Assembly: GCA_021683455.1 (NCBI GenBank)
Contig: GCA_021683455.1_3051.1
Source: a phage
Length of the DNA: 64,000 nt
Strand: one strand, 5' to 3'
The notes below the pieces were generated by a model. That model saw only the letters and a list, made by a program, of their open reading frames with translations, was not told the DNA's origin and ran no database searches. Positions 38,776-49,109 of the stretch are shown one piece after another; position 1 is the stretch's first letter; every line of letters begins with the position of its first letter. The translations under genes and the position numbers were made by a program.

Positions 38776-39054
38776 TCAAAATGTAATTTCTAACCAATCA
38801 CCATCACGCTGATCACTATTGACTTTAAAATTAAATCCTTCTTTTCTCAGCCAATCACCAATTTCTTCAGTAATCAATTTATCACGAGCAGTACAATAAT
38901 AACTAAAATATGTTTTACCTTGTTCAGCTGCTTTATTAGCAAGTTCTGAAAAATCTTTAATAAAACACTCTAGCTTAAACTGTTTACTTTTTAATGCTTT
39001 TTCACGTAATTGATTAGCAAAAGATTCATTTTCATAAAGATCATACTGTTCCAT
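38776..39054 (-). CDS. Hypothetical protein (92 aa), T4 24.2-like by position
   Basis: ORF between rnlB and hoc. Confidence 0.6.
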   Translation of the reverse strand: MEQYDLYENESFANQLREKALKSKQFKLECFIKDFSELANKAAEQGKTYFSYYCTARDKLITEEIGDWLRKEGFNFKVNSDQRDGDWLEITF

Positions 39055-39057
39055 TTT

Positions 39058-39255
39058 TCACCTTTTATTAATGTGTCTTTTTCTATAGACAACTTTTTCT
39101 CGAGTCTCAAATTTATTCTTTGCAGTCATAGCTCGAGCCCATAATACAGCCACTTCTTTCGCCTGTAAGTTTAATTCACGAGCAATTTCAATGAATGACT
39201 TTCCAGACTCATGAAGTGTAAACACCACAACTTCAGTTCTCATAATCAATCTCAT
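39058..39255 (-). CDS. Hypothetical protein (65 aa), T4 24.3-like by position
   Basis: Small basic ORF between rnlB and hoc. Confidence 0.5.
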   Translation of the reverse strand: MRLIMRTEVVVFTLHESGKSFIEIARELNLQAKEVAVLWARAMTAKNKFETREKVVYRKRHINKR

Positions 39256-39324
39256 GTTATCGAGTTGGTGCCATTATATACATCATTTTCTGATCGTGTT
39301 TTGGATGCTTTCAAAATGAAAAAA

Positions 39325-39345
39325 GGGCCGAAGCCCCTTTCGATT
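39325..39345 (-). terminator. Intrinsic terminator after hoc (minus strand)
   Basis: Minus strand GC hairpin (ggggc-ttcg-gccc) followed by TTTTTTC. Confidence 0.55.
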
Positions 39346-40762
39346 ATGGATAAGTATAGATGATACCAGTTTCTAAAGCAGTTTTATGGATGATGTATCC
39401 ATTACGTGATTCTTGAACATCAACTTCTGGATAATCTTTCATCATCTTCTGAAGCGTATAACGATGCAAGTAGTACTTACTATCTGGATCATCAGTTTTC
39501 CAATCTTTACCTTCTTCTGTCATTTTTTGGATTTCATCCATAACCCACCAACCGCACCAGATGTAAGCTGAAGTACGGTGTGGAAGAGGATGAACATAAG
39601 GCAATTCACCTTCTGGTTCCGGAGCAACTTTATCAGTTACCTGAACTTGACCCGTCGTTTTAACTGTTTTGCTATCATAATCAGTAGCAGTAACAGTTGC
39701 CGTAACTTCAATAGTTTGACTTCCAATAGATGAGGTATCAACGGTATATACATTAGTTGACCCTTCTGCAGGAGAAGAATCTTTCTTCCATGAATATTCA
39801 ATTTGCGCTTCTTCTGGAGCACCAGTGACATTAGCGGTAAATGTAGCTGAAGCATCTTGCTGAACGTTAATAGAAGGAGGAGTCAATGTAACCTGTGGAT
39901 TCATTGTCTTCTTATTAACTGTTAATGATACTTCATTAGAAGTAACTTCCTTTTCATTGTAATTTTCTGCTGTTACTTGGGCTACGCATTTAATTCTTTT
40001 TACTCCACTTGTAGTTGGAGTATAGCTAAATGTAGAGTTAGTTTCTCCACCAACTTGAGAATCATCTACATACCATTTATATGTAGCAGACGCTCCATCA
40101 GGTTGAGAAGCTAAGGCAGCAGTAAATTGAACTGGGGTTCCAATTACTCCTGCTGGAGGACTATTAGGAGTTACTGCCAAAGTAGTTGTCTGTGTCTTTT
40201 TATTAACAGTCAGTGATACTTCATTCGAAGTAACGGTTTTTTCATCATAATTTGTCGCGGTTACTTGAGCTACACACTTGATTTTTTTAACTCCGCTGGC
40301 GGCAGGAGTGTAATTAAATGTAGCAGAAGTCGCTTCGTCTACAGGAGAATCGTCAACGTACCATTGATACGTAGCAGATGCACCTGATGGCTGCGAAGCT
40401 AAGGCAGCAGTAAATTTAACAGCTGTTCCGATTACTCCAGCAGCGGGACTATTGGGAGTTACTGCCAATGTAGTTGTCTGAGTTTTATTTTTAACCGTTA
40501 TAGTAGTTGATGCTTGAGCTGTTTCAGGACTACTATCTGCAACTTGGTTTGTTGCAACTACCTTAATAGTCTTTTGACCGGCAGGTCCTTTTAACGTATA
40601 ATCAAAAGTTGCAGACGTTTCTTCCTGCGGTGCATCGTCAACAGTCCAAGCATAGGTAATAGGTCCATCTCCAGTTTGACCACTGGGCGTAGCAGTAAAC
40701 TGCTGAGTCTGATCTATAACTCCAGCAGGTGTTTTAGGAGTTATATCAACTGTAAAAGCCAT
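39344..40762 (-). CDS. hoc: Hoc, highly immunogenic outer capsid protein with an extra tandem Ig-like domain (472 aa)
   Basis: Ig-like repeat modules; two adjacent ~96-aa modules near-identical (NKKTQTTTLAVTPNSP..); T4 Hoc is 376 aa. Confidence 0.85.
   Translation of the reverse strand: MAFTVDITPKTPAGVIDQTQQFTATPSGQTGDGPITYAWTVDDAPQEETSATFDYTLKGPAGQKTIKVVATNQVADSSPETAQASTTITVKNKTQTTTLAVTPNSPAAGVIGTAVKFTAALASQPSGASATYQWYVDDSPVDEATSATFNYTPAASGVKKIKCVAQVTATNYDEKTVTSNEVSLTVNKKTQTTTLAVTPNSPPAGVIGTPVQFTAALASQPDGASATYKWYVDDSQVGGETNSTFSYTPTTSGVKRIKCVAQVTAENYNEKEVTSNEVSLTVNKKTMNPQVTLTPPSINVQQDASATFTANVTGAPEEAQIEYSWKKDSSPAEGSTNVYTVDTSSIGSQTIEVTATVTATDYDSKTVKTTGQVQVTDKVAPEPEGELPYVHPLPHRTSAYIWCGWWVMDEIQKMTEEGKDWKTDDPDSKYYLHRYTLQKMMKDYPEVDVQESRNGYIIHKTALETGIIYTYP
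39910..40485 (-). repeat. Tandem direct duplication (~2 x 288 bp) inside hoc encoding duplicated Ig-like domains
   Basis: Protein residues ~93..188 and ~189..284 are near-identical; the DNA copies are visibly similar. Confidence 0.7.
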
Positions 40763-40771
40763 ATGTTATCC

Positions 40772-41452
40772 TTATTTTAATGTTACGAAAGAAGAATTGC
40801 GTGTTTCACGAATTAAAACTGATCCGTCGCGATTAATGTAATAAATTAAGCTAAACAAAGTTTGGTGTGCTGACGCGTGTTCAAAACTAGTTGGATGAGA
40901 TTTCCAATCAGGAGTTTCAGCGATCCATTGATAAATCCACCAAGGAACCGTACAGAATCCTGGATTTTTCCCCAATAATTGAAGATTCGGGCTAAAGTTT
41001 TCCGGAAGAGTAAATACAGACGGCTTTTCAGATTCAATAATCTCAGCTACAGCTTGTTCAAACTTTTCTTCAACAAAAGGAGTGTCTTCAATCAAAACGT
41101 CAGTATTTTCAGGAATTTTATCCGTTTCTACCACTTCAATTTTAATATCAGATTTAACTGGAGAATCAATCAGAAGTGCTGCTTCTGGATTAACTTCTTC
41201 ATCGTCATATTTTAATCCCTCTGCAGCATCAGCAGCATCAATTAAGTCTTTAATAGATAACCCATCAGTCTCTGGCATAGGTTCACTAGCGAGCTTCTGG
41301 AGGGCTTCTTCAATATCAACAACGATATTATCAAAAGATTTATTCTTTTTGACCTTTATACCAAACTGTTCAGCGTATTCAGCTAATTTAGCTTTAGCTT
41401 CTTTATTATCATCAAGAGCCTTCAGCTCTGCAATATAATCTTTATCTATCAT
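40772..41452 (-). CDS. inh: Inh (hoc.1), inhibitor of prohead protease gp21 (226 aa)
   Basis: Position between hoc and segE/uvsW; size consistent with T4 Inh. Confidence 0.7.
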   Translation of the reverse strand: MIDKDYIAELKALDDNKEAKAKLAEYAEQFGIKVKKNKSFDNIVVDIEEALQKLASEPMPETDGLSIKDLIDAADAAEGLKYDDEEVNPEAALLIDSPVKSDIKIEVVETDKIPENTDVLIEDTPFVEEKFEQAVAEIIESEKPSVFTLPENFSPNLQLLGKNPGFCTVPWWIYQWIAETPDWKSHPTSFEHASAHQTLFSLIYYINRDGSVLIRETRNSSFVTLK

Positions 41453-41501
41453 AATATTTCCTCAGTATAAATATAGATATATTTATTACTCGGAAAATAG
41501 T

Positions 41502-42119
41502 ATGTACCACTTTGTATATGAAACAACAAATCTAATAAATGGTAAAAAGTATATAGGAAAACACTCTACTGATGACTTGAATGATGGTTACCTTGGTTCC
41601 GGTAAGGCAATTCAGCAGGCTATAAAGAAATATGGTGAAAACAATTTCTCTAGAACAATACTAAAAGAGTTTAAAACTTCTGAAGAAGCGTACATGTATG
41701 AAGAAGAAATTATAACTCCTGAACTAATAAAAAGCAAAAATTATTATAATATGAAACCTGGTGGAATTGGTGGAATTGTTATGACTACAGAGGTTATAAC
41801 AAAGATGAAAGAATCTTCCGCTAAAAGATTTGAAAACTCACCAGGCACGGTATTAGGTAAAACTTGTTACACTAATGGAACTAAAAATATTTTTATTAAA
41901 CCTGGAGAACTTGTTCCAGAAGGATTTGTAAAAGGGATGGTTCATCCTAATAGAAAGTCCAGAAAAGGATGTAAAGTCAAACCGACTACCACAGGAACTT
42001 TTTGGGTCAATAATGGCGCAATAAATAAATTAATACAACCAGACGGTATTATTCCCGACGGATTTATTAAAGGTCGTCTCATGAAAAGAGATTCTAAAGG
42101 CAAATTTAGTAAGGCATAA
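41502..42119 (+). mobile_element. segE: GIY-YIG homing endonuclease SegE (205 aa)
   Basis: GIY-YIG module (HFVYETTNLINGKKYIGKHS..GYLGSG); location between inh and uvsW as T4 segE. Confidence 0.8.
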
Positions 42120-42121
42120 TT

Positions 42122-43630
42122 ATGGATATTAAAGTACATTTTCACGACTTCAGTCATGTACGCATCGATTGTGAAGAGAGCACGTTCCACGAATTAAGAG
42201 ATTTCTTTTCGTTTGAGGCCGATGGATATAGATTTAACCCTCGCTTCAGATATGGCAACTGGGATGGACGAATCCGTCTTTTAGATTATAATCGCCTTCT
42301 TCCATTCGGCTTAGTCGGGCAAATTAAAAAGTTCTGTGATAACTTTGGCTATAAAGCCTGGATTGACCCACAAATTAACGAAAAAGAAGAATTATCAAGA
42401 AAAGATTTTGATGAATGGCTTTCTAAATTAGAAATCTATTCAGGAAATAAAAGAATTGAACCACACTGGTATCAAAAAGATGCAGTGTTCGAAGGATTAG
42501 TTAATCGTCGTAGAATTCTTAATCTTCCAACATCTGCAGGTAAATCTTTAATTCAGGCTCTGCTTGCGCGATATTATTTGGAAAATTATGAAGGTAAAAT
42601 TCTTATCATTGTTCCAACAACTGCTCTAACAACTCAGATGGCTGATGATTTCGTTGACTATCGTTTATTCAGTCATGCAATGATAAAGAAAATCGGTGGT
42701 GGAGCATCAAAAGATGATAAATATAAAAATGATGCACCAGTCGTTGTTGGTACATGGCAAACTGTAGTAAAACAACCAAAAGAATGGTTCTCACAGTTTG
42801 GAATGATGATGAATGATGAATGTCATCTTGCTACAGGAAAAAGTATTTCATCTATCATATCAGGTTTAAATAACTGTATGTTCAAATTTGGTCTATCTGG
42901 TTCATTACGTGATGGCAAAGCCAATATCATGCAGTATGTTGGAATGTTTGGCGAAATATTTAAGCCAGTAACGACTTCTAAGTTAATGGAAGATGGACAA
43001 GTAACTGAGCTAAAAATTAATAGTATTTTTCTTCGTTATCCTGATGAGTTCACTACTAAATTAAAGGGAAAAACTTACCAAGAAGAAATAAAAATTATTA
43101 CGGGGCTTAGTAAAAGAAATAAATGGATCGCTAAATTAGCTATTAAGCTTGCGCAAAAAGATGAAAACGCTTTTGTCATGTTTAAACATGTATCGCACGG
43201 TAAAGCTATTTTCGATTTAATTAAAAATGAATACGATAAAGTTTATTACGTATCAGGGGAAGTTGATACCGAAACCCGCAATATAATGAAAACCTTAGCT
43301 GAAAATGGTAAAGGAATAATTATAGTAGCTAGTTATGGTGTATTTTCTACTGGTATTTCAGTTAAAAATCTGCATCACGTTGTTTTAGCGCACGGTGTTA
43401 AATCAAAAATCATTGTATTACAAACAATCGGTCGTGTATTACGTAAGCATGGTTCTAAGACAATAGCAACTGTCTGGGACCTCATAGATGACGCGGGCGT
43501 AGTTTCTAAATCAAAAACATCTTCTAAAAAATACTCGCATTTAAACTATCTTTTAAAACATGGACTTGATCGTATTCAGCGTTATGCTGATGAAAAGTTT
43601 AATTATGTGATGAAAGAGGTTAAACTTTGA
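42122..43630 (+). CDS. uvsW: UvsW, DNA/RNA helicase (branch migration, 502 aa)
   Basis: Walker A TSAGKSL and DECH box (MNDECH); size as T4 UvsW. Confidence 0.9.
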   Translation: MDIKVHFHDFSHVRIDCEESTFHELRDFFSFEADGYRFNPRFRYGNWDGRIRLLDYNRLLPFGLVGQIKKFCDNFGYKAWIDPQINEKEELSRKDFDEWLSKLEIYSGNKRIEPHWYQKDAVFEGLVNRRRILNLPTSAGKSLIQALLARYYLENYEGKILIIVPTTALTTQMADDFVDYRLFSHAMIKKIGGGASKDDKYKNDAPVVVGTWQTVVKQPKEWFSQFGMMMNDECHLATGKSISSIISGLNNCMFKFGLSGSLRDGKANIMQYVGMFGEIFKPVTTSKLMEDGQVTELKINSIFLRYPDEFTTKLKGKTYQEEIKIITGLSKRNKWIAKLAIKLAQKDENAFVMFKHVSHGKAIFDLIKNEYDKVYYVSGEVDTETRNIMKTLAENGKGIIIVASYGVFSTGISVKNLHHVVLAHGVKSKIIVLQTIGRVLRKHGSKTIATVWDLIDDAGVVSKSKTSSKKYSHLNYLLKHGLDRIQRYADEKFNYVMKEVKL

Positions 43631-44319
43631 ATTATAAATTAATATATGATAATTTAATTAATAGAGCCCAGAATCGGGCTCGCCTTAATGGATACACTGA
43701 AACACATCATATAATTCCTAGATGTATGGGTGGTACAAATGATAAGTGTAATTTAGTAGAACTAACGGCTGAAGAACATTTTATAGCCCATAAACTTTTA
43801 GCTAAAATTCATCCAAACCATTACGGTATAATTAAAGCTGTTATATGTATGGGGATGAATTCAAATACTCATGAAAGACATGTTAATAAATCTTACGCAT
43901 GGGAACGTCGTAAAATGGCAGAACTTCAATCCGGCGAAGGTAATCCATTTTACGGAAAACACCATACGGAAGAACATAAACAATATATGTCAAAACTCAT
44001 GAAAAGTCGTCCAATTACATGGGGAAATAAAATTAGTAAAACTAAAAGAATGAACCCAACGAAATGGACTGAAGAAGCTAAAAGATTACATTCAATCAAT
44101 CAATCGGGTAAAAATAACGGCATGTATGGAAGGAAACATTCTGCTAAATCTATTCAGAAAATTAAAGATAACATGCCAGATAATTCAGGAGCTAATAACC
44201 CAGCTGCTAAACCTATAGAAGTAAATGGTGTTAAATATAAATGTATGAAAGATGCTTCTAAAGCTACTGGATTATCAATGTACAAACTAAGAATACTTAG
44301 AAAAACAGTTAATTTATAA
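43627..44319 (+). mobile_element. Free-standing HNH homing endonuclease with NUMOD-like repeats, inserted after uvsW (230 aa)
   Basis: HNH motif ETHHIIPRCMGGTNDKCNLVELTAEEH; repeats NPFYGKHHTEEHK and NGMYGRKHSAKS; TTG start with AAGAGG SD overlapping the uvsW stop. Confidence 0.75.
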
Positions 44320-44332
44320 GGGCTTCGGCCCT

Positions 44333-44578
44333 TTGGAGAAAAAGATGTTACTAGAATTTAAACAATTTCTTTATGAAGCTTCTATTGATGAATTTATGGG
44401 TAAAATTGCCTCTTGTCAAACATTAGAAGGTTTAGAAGAACTTGAAGCTTATTATAAGAAAAGAGTCAAAGAAACTGAATTAAAAGATACTGATGACATC
44501 TCTGTGAGAGATGCTTTGGCAGGAAAAAGAGCTGAATTAGAAGATTCAGACGATGATGAAGTAGAAGAAAGCTTTTAA
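44333..44578 (+). CDS. uvsW.1: UvsW.1-like small acidic protein (81 aa)
   Basis: Small acidic ORF downstream of uvsW; position matches T4 uvsW.1. Confidence 0.55.
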   Translation: MEKKMLLEFKQFLYEASIDEFMGKIASCQTLEGLEELEAYYKKRVKETELKDTDDISVRDALAGKRAELEDSDDDEVEESF

Positions 44579-44633
44579 ATTAAAAAAGGCCCAACCGAAA
44601 AGGAAGGGCCAAAACTATAGACTAAAGGTCACA

Positions 44634-44801
44634 CTATAGCAAAAGTTGTGTTTCATTTAATTGTTCTTCCGAACTTTCTGAAACTGGTAGTTCTTTAATG
44701 TAATTATAGCAAGGCCCAGGATGTACAGGACCTTTGTCTGTTTCAACAACCAATGCAGAATCGATTGGAGTTTTACAGACAACACAAATCTTATCTGACA
44801 T
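44634..44801 (-). CDS. Small ORF (55 aa) with three Cys, uvsY.-1 position; below the track's length cut-off
   Basis: ATG preceded by GAGGAG SD; reads MSDKICVVCKTP.. to TAG; in operon position upstream of uvsY. Confidence 0.4.
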   Translation of the reverse strand: MSDKICVVCKTPIDSALVVETDKGPVHPGPCYNYIKELPVSESSEEQLNETQLLL

Positions 44802-44924
44802 GATTGTCTCCTCTGAATTATATATCTATTTATAACCCCATCTTAAAGCGCATTTCTTGTACACGCTTTAAACATGCTTCCATTTCTGCTAAAAGTCTAA
44901 ATACTTCTTTATAATTTGTCATAT

Positions 44925-45152
44925 TTACCCCATATCTCTCATATGCATATCAATGCCCATATCTTTAGAATAAAAATATTCATCAAGATATCCGGCAAAT
45001 TTTCCTTTAATATAAAGGACATCTTCACCACACGGGTGGTCGGCCAGGATACGAATATCCTGACGCTTAAGATTATGCTTTTTCATTAAGAATTGAATTT
45101 CCGTTTCAAATTCTTCTTCATAATTAAAAGCATCATCAATGCTATATCTCAT
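44925..45152 (-). CDS. Hypothetical protein (75 aa), uvsY.-2 position
   Basis: ORF abutting the uvsY start. Confidence 0.55.
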   Translation of the reverse strand: MRYSIDDAFNYEEEFETEIQFLMKKHNLKRQDIRILADHPCGEDVLYIKGKFAGYLDEYFYSKDMGIDMHMRDMG

Positions 45153-45565
45153 TATTTTCCAGCCTCAAATGCTCGCATGTCTTGAATATGCTTAATAGCA
45201 AATCCACGTGATTTAATAGCATCAAGAGCTCCGCTACAGAAATCCAATAAAATCCCCCAATATTGTAACGAGGTATCAACCTTTAAAACATCCTTATCAG
45301 CTGATAGAACTGTTTTCATTTCTGATTTCTCGTAACGATCCATACTAAATTCATCACCATCTCCTCGTCCCGAGTAGTAATCTAATTTAGCTTTAAGAGC
45401 AACTTTTTTCTGTGCTTCAATTCTAAGCATTTCCTTTTTAATACTTGAATGCTTATTAAGCCATTTACTATATAACATCACATTATTAGCTGCTTCATAC
45501 TGTAATTTAGTCGAATCTATAAACACATCTTTCTTCAATTCTTCTTGAAGATCTTCTAATCTCAT
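45152..45565 (-). CDS. uvsY: UvsY, recombination mediator protein (137 aa)
   Basis: 137 aa as T4 UvsY; begins MRLEDLQEELKKDV; synteny. Confidence 0.9.
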   Translation of the reverse strand: MRLEDLQEELKKDVFIDSTKLQYEAANNVMLYSKWLNKHSSIKKEMLRIEAQKKVALKAKLDYYSGRGDGDEFSMDRYEKSEMKTVLSADKDVLKVDTSLQYWGILLDFCSGALDAIKSRGFAIKHIQDMRAFEAGK

Positions 45566-45631
45566 ATTGTTCTCTATTCAATTGTTATTGGATGGACTTA
45601 GATTCATTATACCACGTTTTAACGTGAAGCA

Positions 45632-46030
45632 TTATACCCTATTACTGGAAGCCAGTTGCAGTTTTATCTGCTCAATATCATCAGGGTTATCGATGACTGA
45701 AAAGCGTATTTCTACTATCAGAGTATAATCATCATAAACGGGTATCACATTAACTGCTAATTTATCAATACGTGGCTCATAGTTTCTTACTGCGCTTTCA
45801 ATGTTACGCTCAACCGTGTCAGCAGTAAGAGGAGTCATATTCTCAAAAAGTTGGTCAGATAAATCACATCCAAATTCAGGGTCAAACGGTCTTGAACCTT
45901 TTCTTGTTGTAATAATTCCTAAAAGACTATTTTTAATTGACCTTAATCCAAGTGATCTTGAAACGTCTTTGTTCCAATCCATTTTCATCTCTGGGTCAAT
46001 ATCAGAATAAAGCTTATTAATATTTGCCAT
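45632..46030 (-). CDS. 25: gp25, baseplate wedge subunit (132 aa)
   Basis: Size identical to T4 gp25; synteny 25-26 divergent from 51. Confidence 0.9.
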   Translation of the reverse strand: MANINKLYSDIDPEMKMDWNKDVSRSLGLRSIKNSLLGIITTRKGSRPFDPEFGCDLSDQLFENMTPLTADTVERNIESAVRNYEPRIDKLAVNVIPVYDDYTLIVEIRFSVIDNPDDIEQIKLQLASSNRV

Positions 46031-46656
46031 TACAATAGCTCAAAGAATTCTTTGAGTCCTCTTATTACATGAGCGTGAGTTTTTCCACACTCTGGACATT
46101 TAATTGGAACAGCCAAATAAACAGTAGGCTTTAAAAGCATATCTTTTATAGCTACAATATCTGACTCTGTGATGATAGAATATAAATCTTCCAATTCTTT
46201 TTCATTTAAGTCTTCAACTGGAATGCTTTCCCCGTTAGCGTGAATCGTTTCTATACATGATACTATCATGTGGGCTATATTTTTATCATCAAAAATTTTA
46301 GGGTAATGGAATTTAATTTTAATGTCACCCAGTGTATACCAGAGGTCTTCTGGTGCATCTATTTGTGTATGTAATAGATTTATATGGGTTGGTATTTCAG
46401 TTCCACAGGTGCACTTCCAGGAGTTTTCGTGATTAACTTCACCAAGAGAATGTGCCCATAAATGAATCAATAATAGTTCTGATTCTTGGCGGTTTAAATC
46501 TTTTGCATTTGTACAGTCTTTGATTAGCTTTTTAACAATTGCTTCTACAGAACCATTATTTTTGGCAGTAATAAGTTCTAGATATTCTTTAAGCGTGAAT
46601 GCGCGACAATTGATTATTTTAGAACCAACTCTCACATCAAATTTGTATTCATACAT
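46030..46656 (-). CDS. 26: gp26, baseplate hub subunit (208 aa)
   Basis: Size identical to T4 gp26; synteny. Confidence 0.85.
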   Translation of the reverse strand: MYEYKFDVRVGSKIINCRAFTLKEYLELITAKNNGSVEAIVKKLIKDCTNAKDLNRQESELLLIHLWAHSLGEVNHENSWKCTCGTEIPTHINLLHTQIDAPEDLWYTLGDIKIKFHYPKIFDDKNIAHMIVSCIETIHANGESIPVEDLNEKELEDLYSIITESDIVAIKDMLLKPTVYLAVPIKCPECGKTHAHVIRGLKEFFELL

Positions 46657-46681
46657 ATTTAGCTCCTTTATTTATCATATT

Positions 46682-46689
46682 TATAAATA
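46682..46689 (+). promoter_or_regulatory. Late promoter TATAAATA for gene 51 in the divergent 26/51 intergenic region
   Basis: TATAAATA about 18 nt upstream of the gene 51 ATG. Confidence 0.55.
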
Positions 46690-46706
46690 GAATAAAAGGA
46701 GCATCT

Positions 46707-47459
46707 ATGGCAAACATTATTCGTTGTAAATTACCAGATGGTGTTCATCGTTTTAAACCATTTACGGTAGAAGATTATCGAGATTTTTTGTTAGTTCGAA
46801 ACGATATAGAACATCGGTCACCACAAGAACAAAAAGAAGTAATTGCTGATTTAATTGCTGATTATTTTGGAGACTATCCAAAGACTTGGCAACCATTTAT
46901 ATTTTTGCAGGTATTTGTAGGTTCAATAGGTAAAACTAAAGTACCAGTCACATTTGTATGTCCAAAATGTAAAAAAGAAAAGACAATTCCATTTGAAATA
47001 TATCAAAAAGAATTAAAGGAACCTATTTTTGATGTAGCTAATGTTAAAATTAAATTAAATTTTCCTTCTGAGTTTTATGAAAATAAAGCAAAGATGATTA
47101 CTGAAAATATTCATTCTGTTCAAGTAGATGAAATGTGGTATGATTGGAAGGAAATTAGTGAATCAAGTCAAATAGAACTTGTTGACGCCATCGAGATAGA
47201 AACATTAGAAAAAATTCTCGATGCAATGAATCCTATTAATTTAACATTGCACATGTCGTGTTGTGATAAGTACATTAAAAAATACACTGATATAGTAGAT
47301 GTGTTTAAGCTATTAGTTAATCCAGATGAGATATTTACTTTTTATCAAATTAATCACACGCTTGTAAAAAGTAATTATAGCTTAAATTCAATAATGAAAA
47401 TGATTCCTGCCGAGCGCGGATTCGTATTAAAACTGATTGAGAAGGATAAACATCAATGA
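46707..47459 (+). CDS. 51: gp51, baseplate hub assembly catalyst (250 aa)
   Basis: Size as T4 gp51 (249 aa); synteny. Confidence 0.85.
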   Translation: MANIIRCKLPDGVHRFKPFTVEDYRDFLLVRNDIEHRSPQEQKEVIADLIADYFGDYPKTWQPFIFLQVFVGSIGKTKVPVTFVCPKCKKEKTIPFEIYQKELKEPIFDVANVKIKLNFPSEFYENKAKMITENIHSVQVDEMWYDWKEISESSQIELVDAIEIETLEKILDAMNPINLTLHMSCCDKYIKKYTDIVDVFKLLVNPDEIFTFYQINHTLVKSNYSLNSIMKMIPAERGFVLKLIEKDKHQ

Positions 47460-48628
47460 GTATGTTACAACGTCCTGGATATCCAAATCTCAGCGTTAAA
47501 TTATTTGAGAGTTATGACGCTTGGAGTAATAATAGATTTGTTGAATTAGCTGCTACTATTACCACATTAACTATGCGTGACTCTCTTTATGGTCGAAATG
47601 AAGGAATGCTGCAGTTTTATGATTCTAAAAACATCCATACAAAAATGGATGGAAATGAAATAATTCAGATTTCTGTAGCTAATGCAAACGATATTAATAA
47701 TGTTAAAACACGAATTTATGGATGCAAGCATTTTTCCGTGTCAGTAGATTCAAAAGGCGATAACATCATTGCTATTGAATTGGGAACTATTCATTCTATA
47801 GAAAATCTTAAATTTGGTAGACCATTTTTCCCTGATGCCGGTGAATCTATAAAGGAAATGCTTGGCGTAATTTATCAAGATCGTACATTATTAACTCCAG
47901 CGATAAATGCTATTAATGCTTATGTTCCTGATATTCCATGGACTAGCACATTTGAAAACTATTTGTCATATGTAAGAGAAGTTGCTCTAGCGGTAGGAAG
48001 CGATAAGTTCGTATTTGTATGGCAAGACATCATGGGAGTTAACATGATGGACTATGATATGATGATAAATCAAGAACCATATCCAATGATTGTAGGTGAG
48101 CCAACTTTAATAGGTCAATTCGTCCAAGAATTGAAATATCCATTAGCATATGATTTTGTTTGGTTGACTAAATCAAACCCGCATAAACGCGATCCAATGA
48201 AAAATGCTACTATCTATGCTCATTCATTTTTAGATTCTTCATTACCAATGATTACTACAGGAAAGGGTGAAAACTCTATTGTAGTGTCAAGGTCAGGTGC
48301 TTATTCTGAAATGACTTATAGAAATGGATATGAAGAAGCTATTCGTCTTCAGACTATGGCGCAGTATGATGGTTACGCTAAATGTTCTACTGTCGGTAAT
48401 TTTAACTTGACTCCCGGCGTTAAAATTATTTTTAATGATAGTAAAAACCAATTTAAAACAGAATTTTACGTTGATGAAGTTATTCACGAATTATCAAATA
48501 ATAATTCCGTAACTCATCTTTATATGTTCACTAATGCAACGAAACTGGAAACAATCGACCCAGTTAAGGTTAAAAATGAATTTAAAACTGATACTACCAC
48601 TGAAGAAAGTAGTTCTTCCGATAAGTAA
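47456..48628 (+). CDS. 27: gp27, baseplate hub subunit (390 aa)
   Basis: Size as T4 gp27 (391 aa); synteny. Confidence 0.9.
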   Translation: MSMLQRPGYPNLSVKLFESYDAWSNNRFVELAATITTLTMRDSLYGRNEGMLQFYDSKNIHTKMDGNEIIQISVANANDINNVKTRIYGCKHFSVSVDSKGDNIIAIELGTIHSIENLKFGRPFFPDAGESIKEMLGVIYQDRTLLTPAINAINAYVPDIPWTSTFENYLSYVREVALAVGSDKFVFVWQDIMGVNMMDYDMMINQEPYPMIVGEPTLIGQFVQELKYPLAYDFVWLTKSNPHKRDPMKNATIYAHSFLDSSLPMITTGKGENSIVVSRSGAYSEMTYRNGYEEAIRLQTMAQYDGYAKCSTVGNFNLTPGVKIIFNDSKNQFKTEFYVDEVIHELSNNNSVTHLYMFTNATKLETIDPVKVKNEFKTDTTTEESSSSDK

Positions 48629-49109
48629 TAAAGAAGTTTCTATTCCTAAAATGGGTCTTAAACATTATAACATTTTAAAAGATGTTAAAGGTCCTGATGA
48701 AAATTTAAAACTTCTTATTGATTCTATTTGTCCGAATTTATCACCGGCAGAAGTTGATTTCGTTTCCATTCATTTGCTAGAATTTAATGGAAAGATTAAA
48801 TCTCGTAAAGAAATAGATGGTTATACTTATGATATTAATGACGTTTATGTATGCCAAAGATTGGAATTTCAATACCAAGGAAATACATTTTATTTTAGAC
48901 CTCCTGGAAAATTTGAACAATTTTTAACTGTAAGCGATATGTTATCCAAATGCTTGCTTAAGGTCAATGATGAAGTTAAAGAAATTAATTTTCTTGAGAT
49001 GCCAGCATTTGTTTTAAAATGGGCAAATGATATTTCTACAACTTTAGCAATTCCTGGCCCTAATGGTCCAATAACCGGAATTGGCAATATTATTGGATTA
49101 TTTGAATGA
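48576..49109 (+). CDS. 28: gp28, baseplate hub distal subunit
   Basis: Start at the internal Met MNLKLIL gives 177 aa as T4 gp28; overlaps the gene 27 end by about 53 nt (track ORF starts at 48534). Confidence 0.8.
   Translation: MNLKLILPLKKVVLPISNKEVSIPKMGLKHYNILKDVKGPDENLKLLIDSICPNLSPAEVDFVSIHLLEFNGKIKSRKEIDGYTYDINDVYVCQRLEFQYQGNTFYFRPPGKFEQFLTVSDMLSKCLLKVNDEVKEINFLEMPAFVLKWANDISTTLAIPGPNGPITGIGNIIGLFE

Noticed and set aside
44583-44612. Possible bidirectional terminator between the uvsW.1-like ORF and the small Cys ORF
   Set aside because: The ggccc/gggcc stem is short with a ~15-nt loop; too weak to call with confidence.
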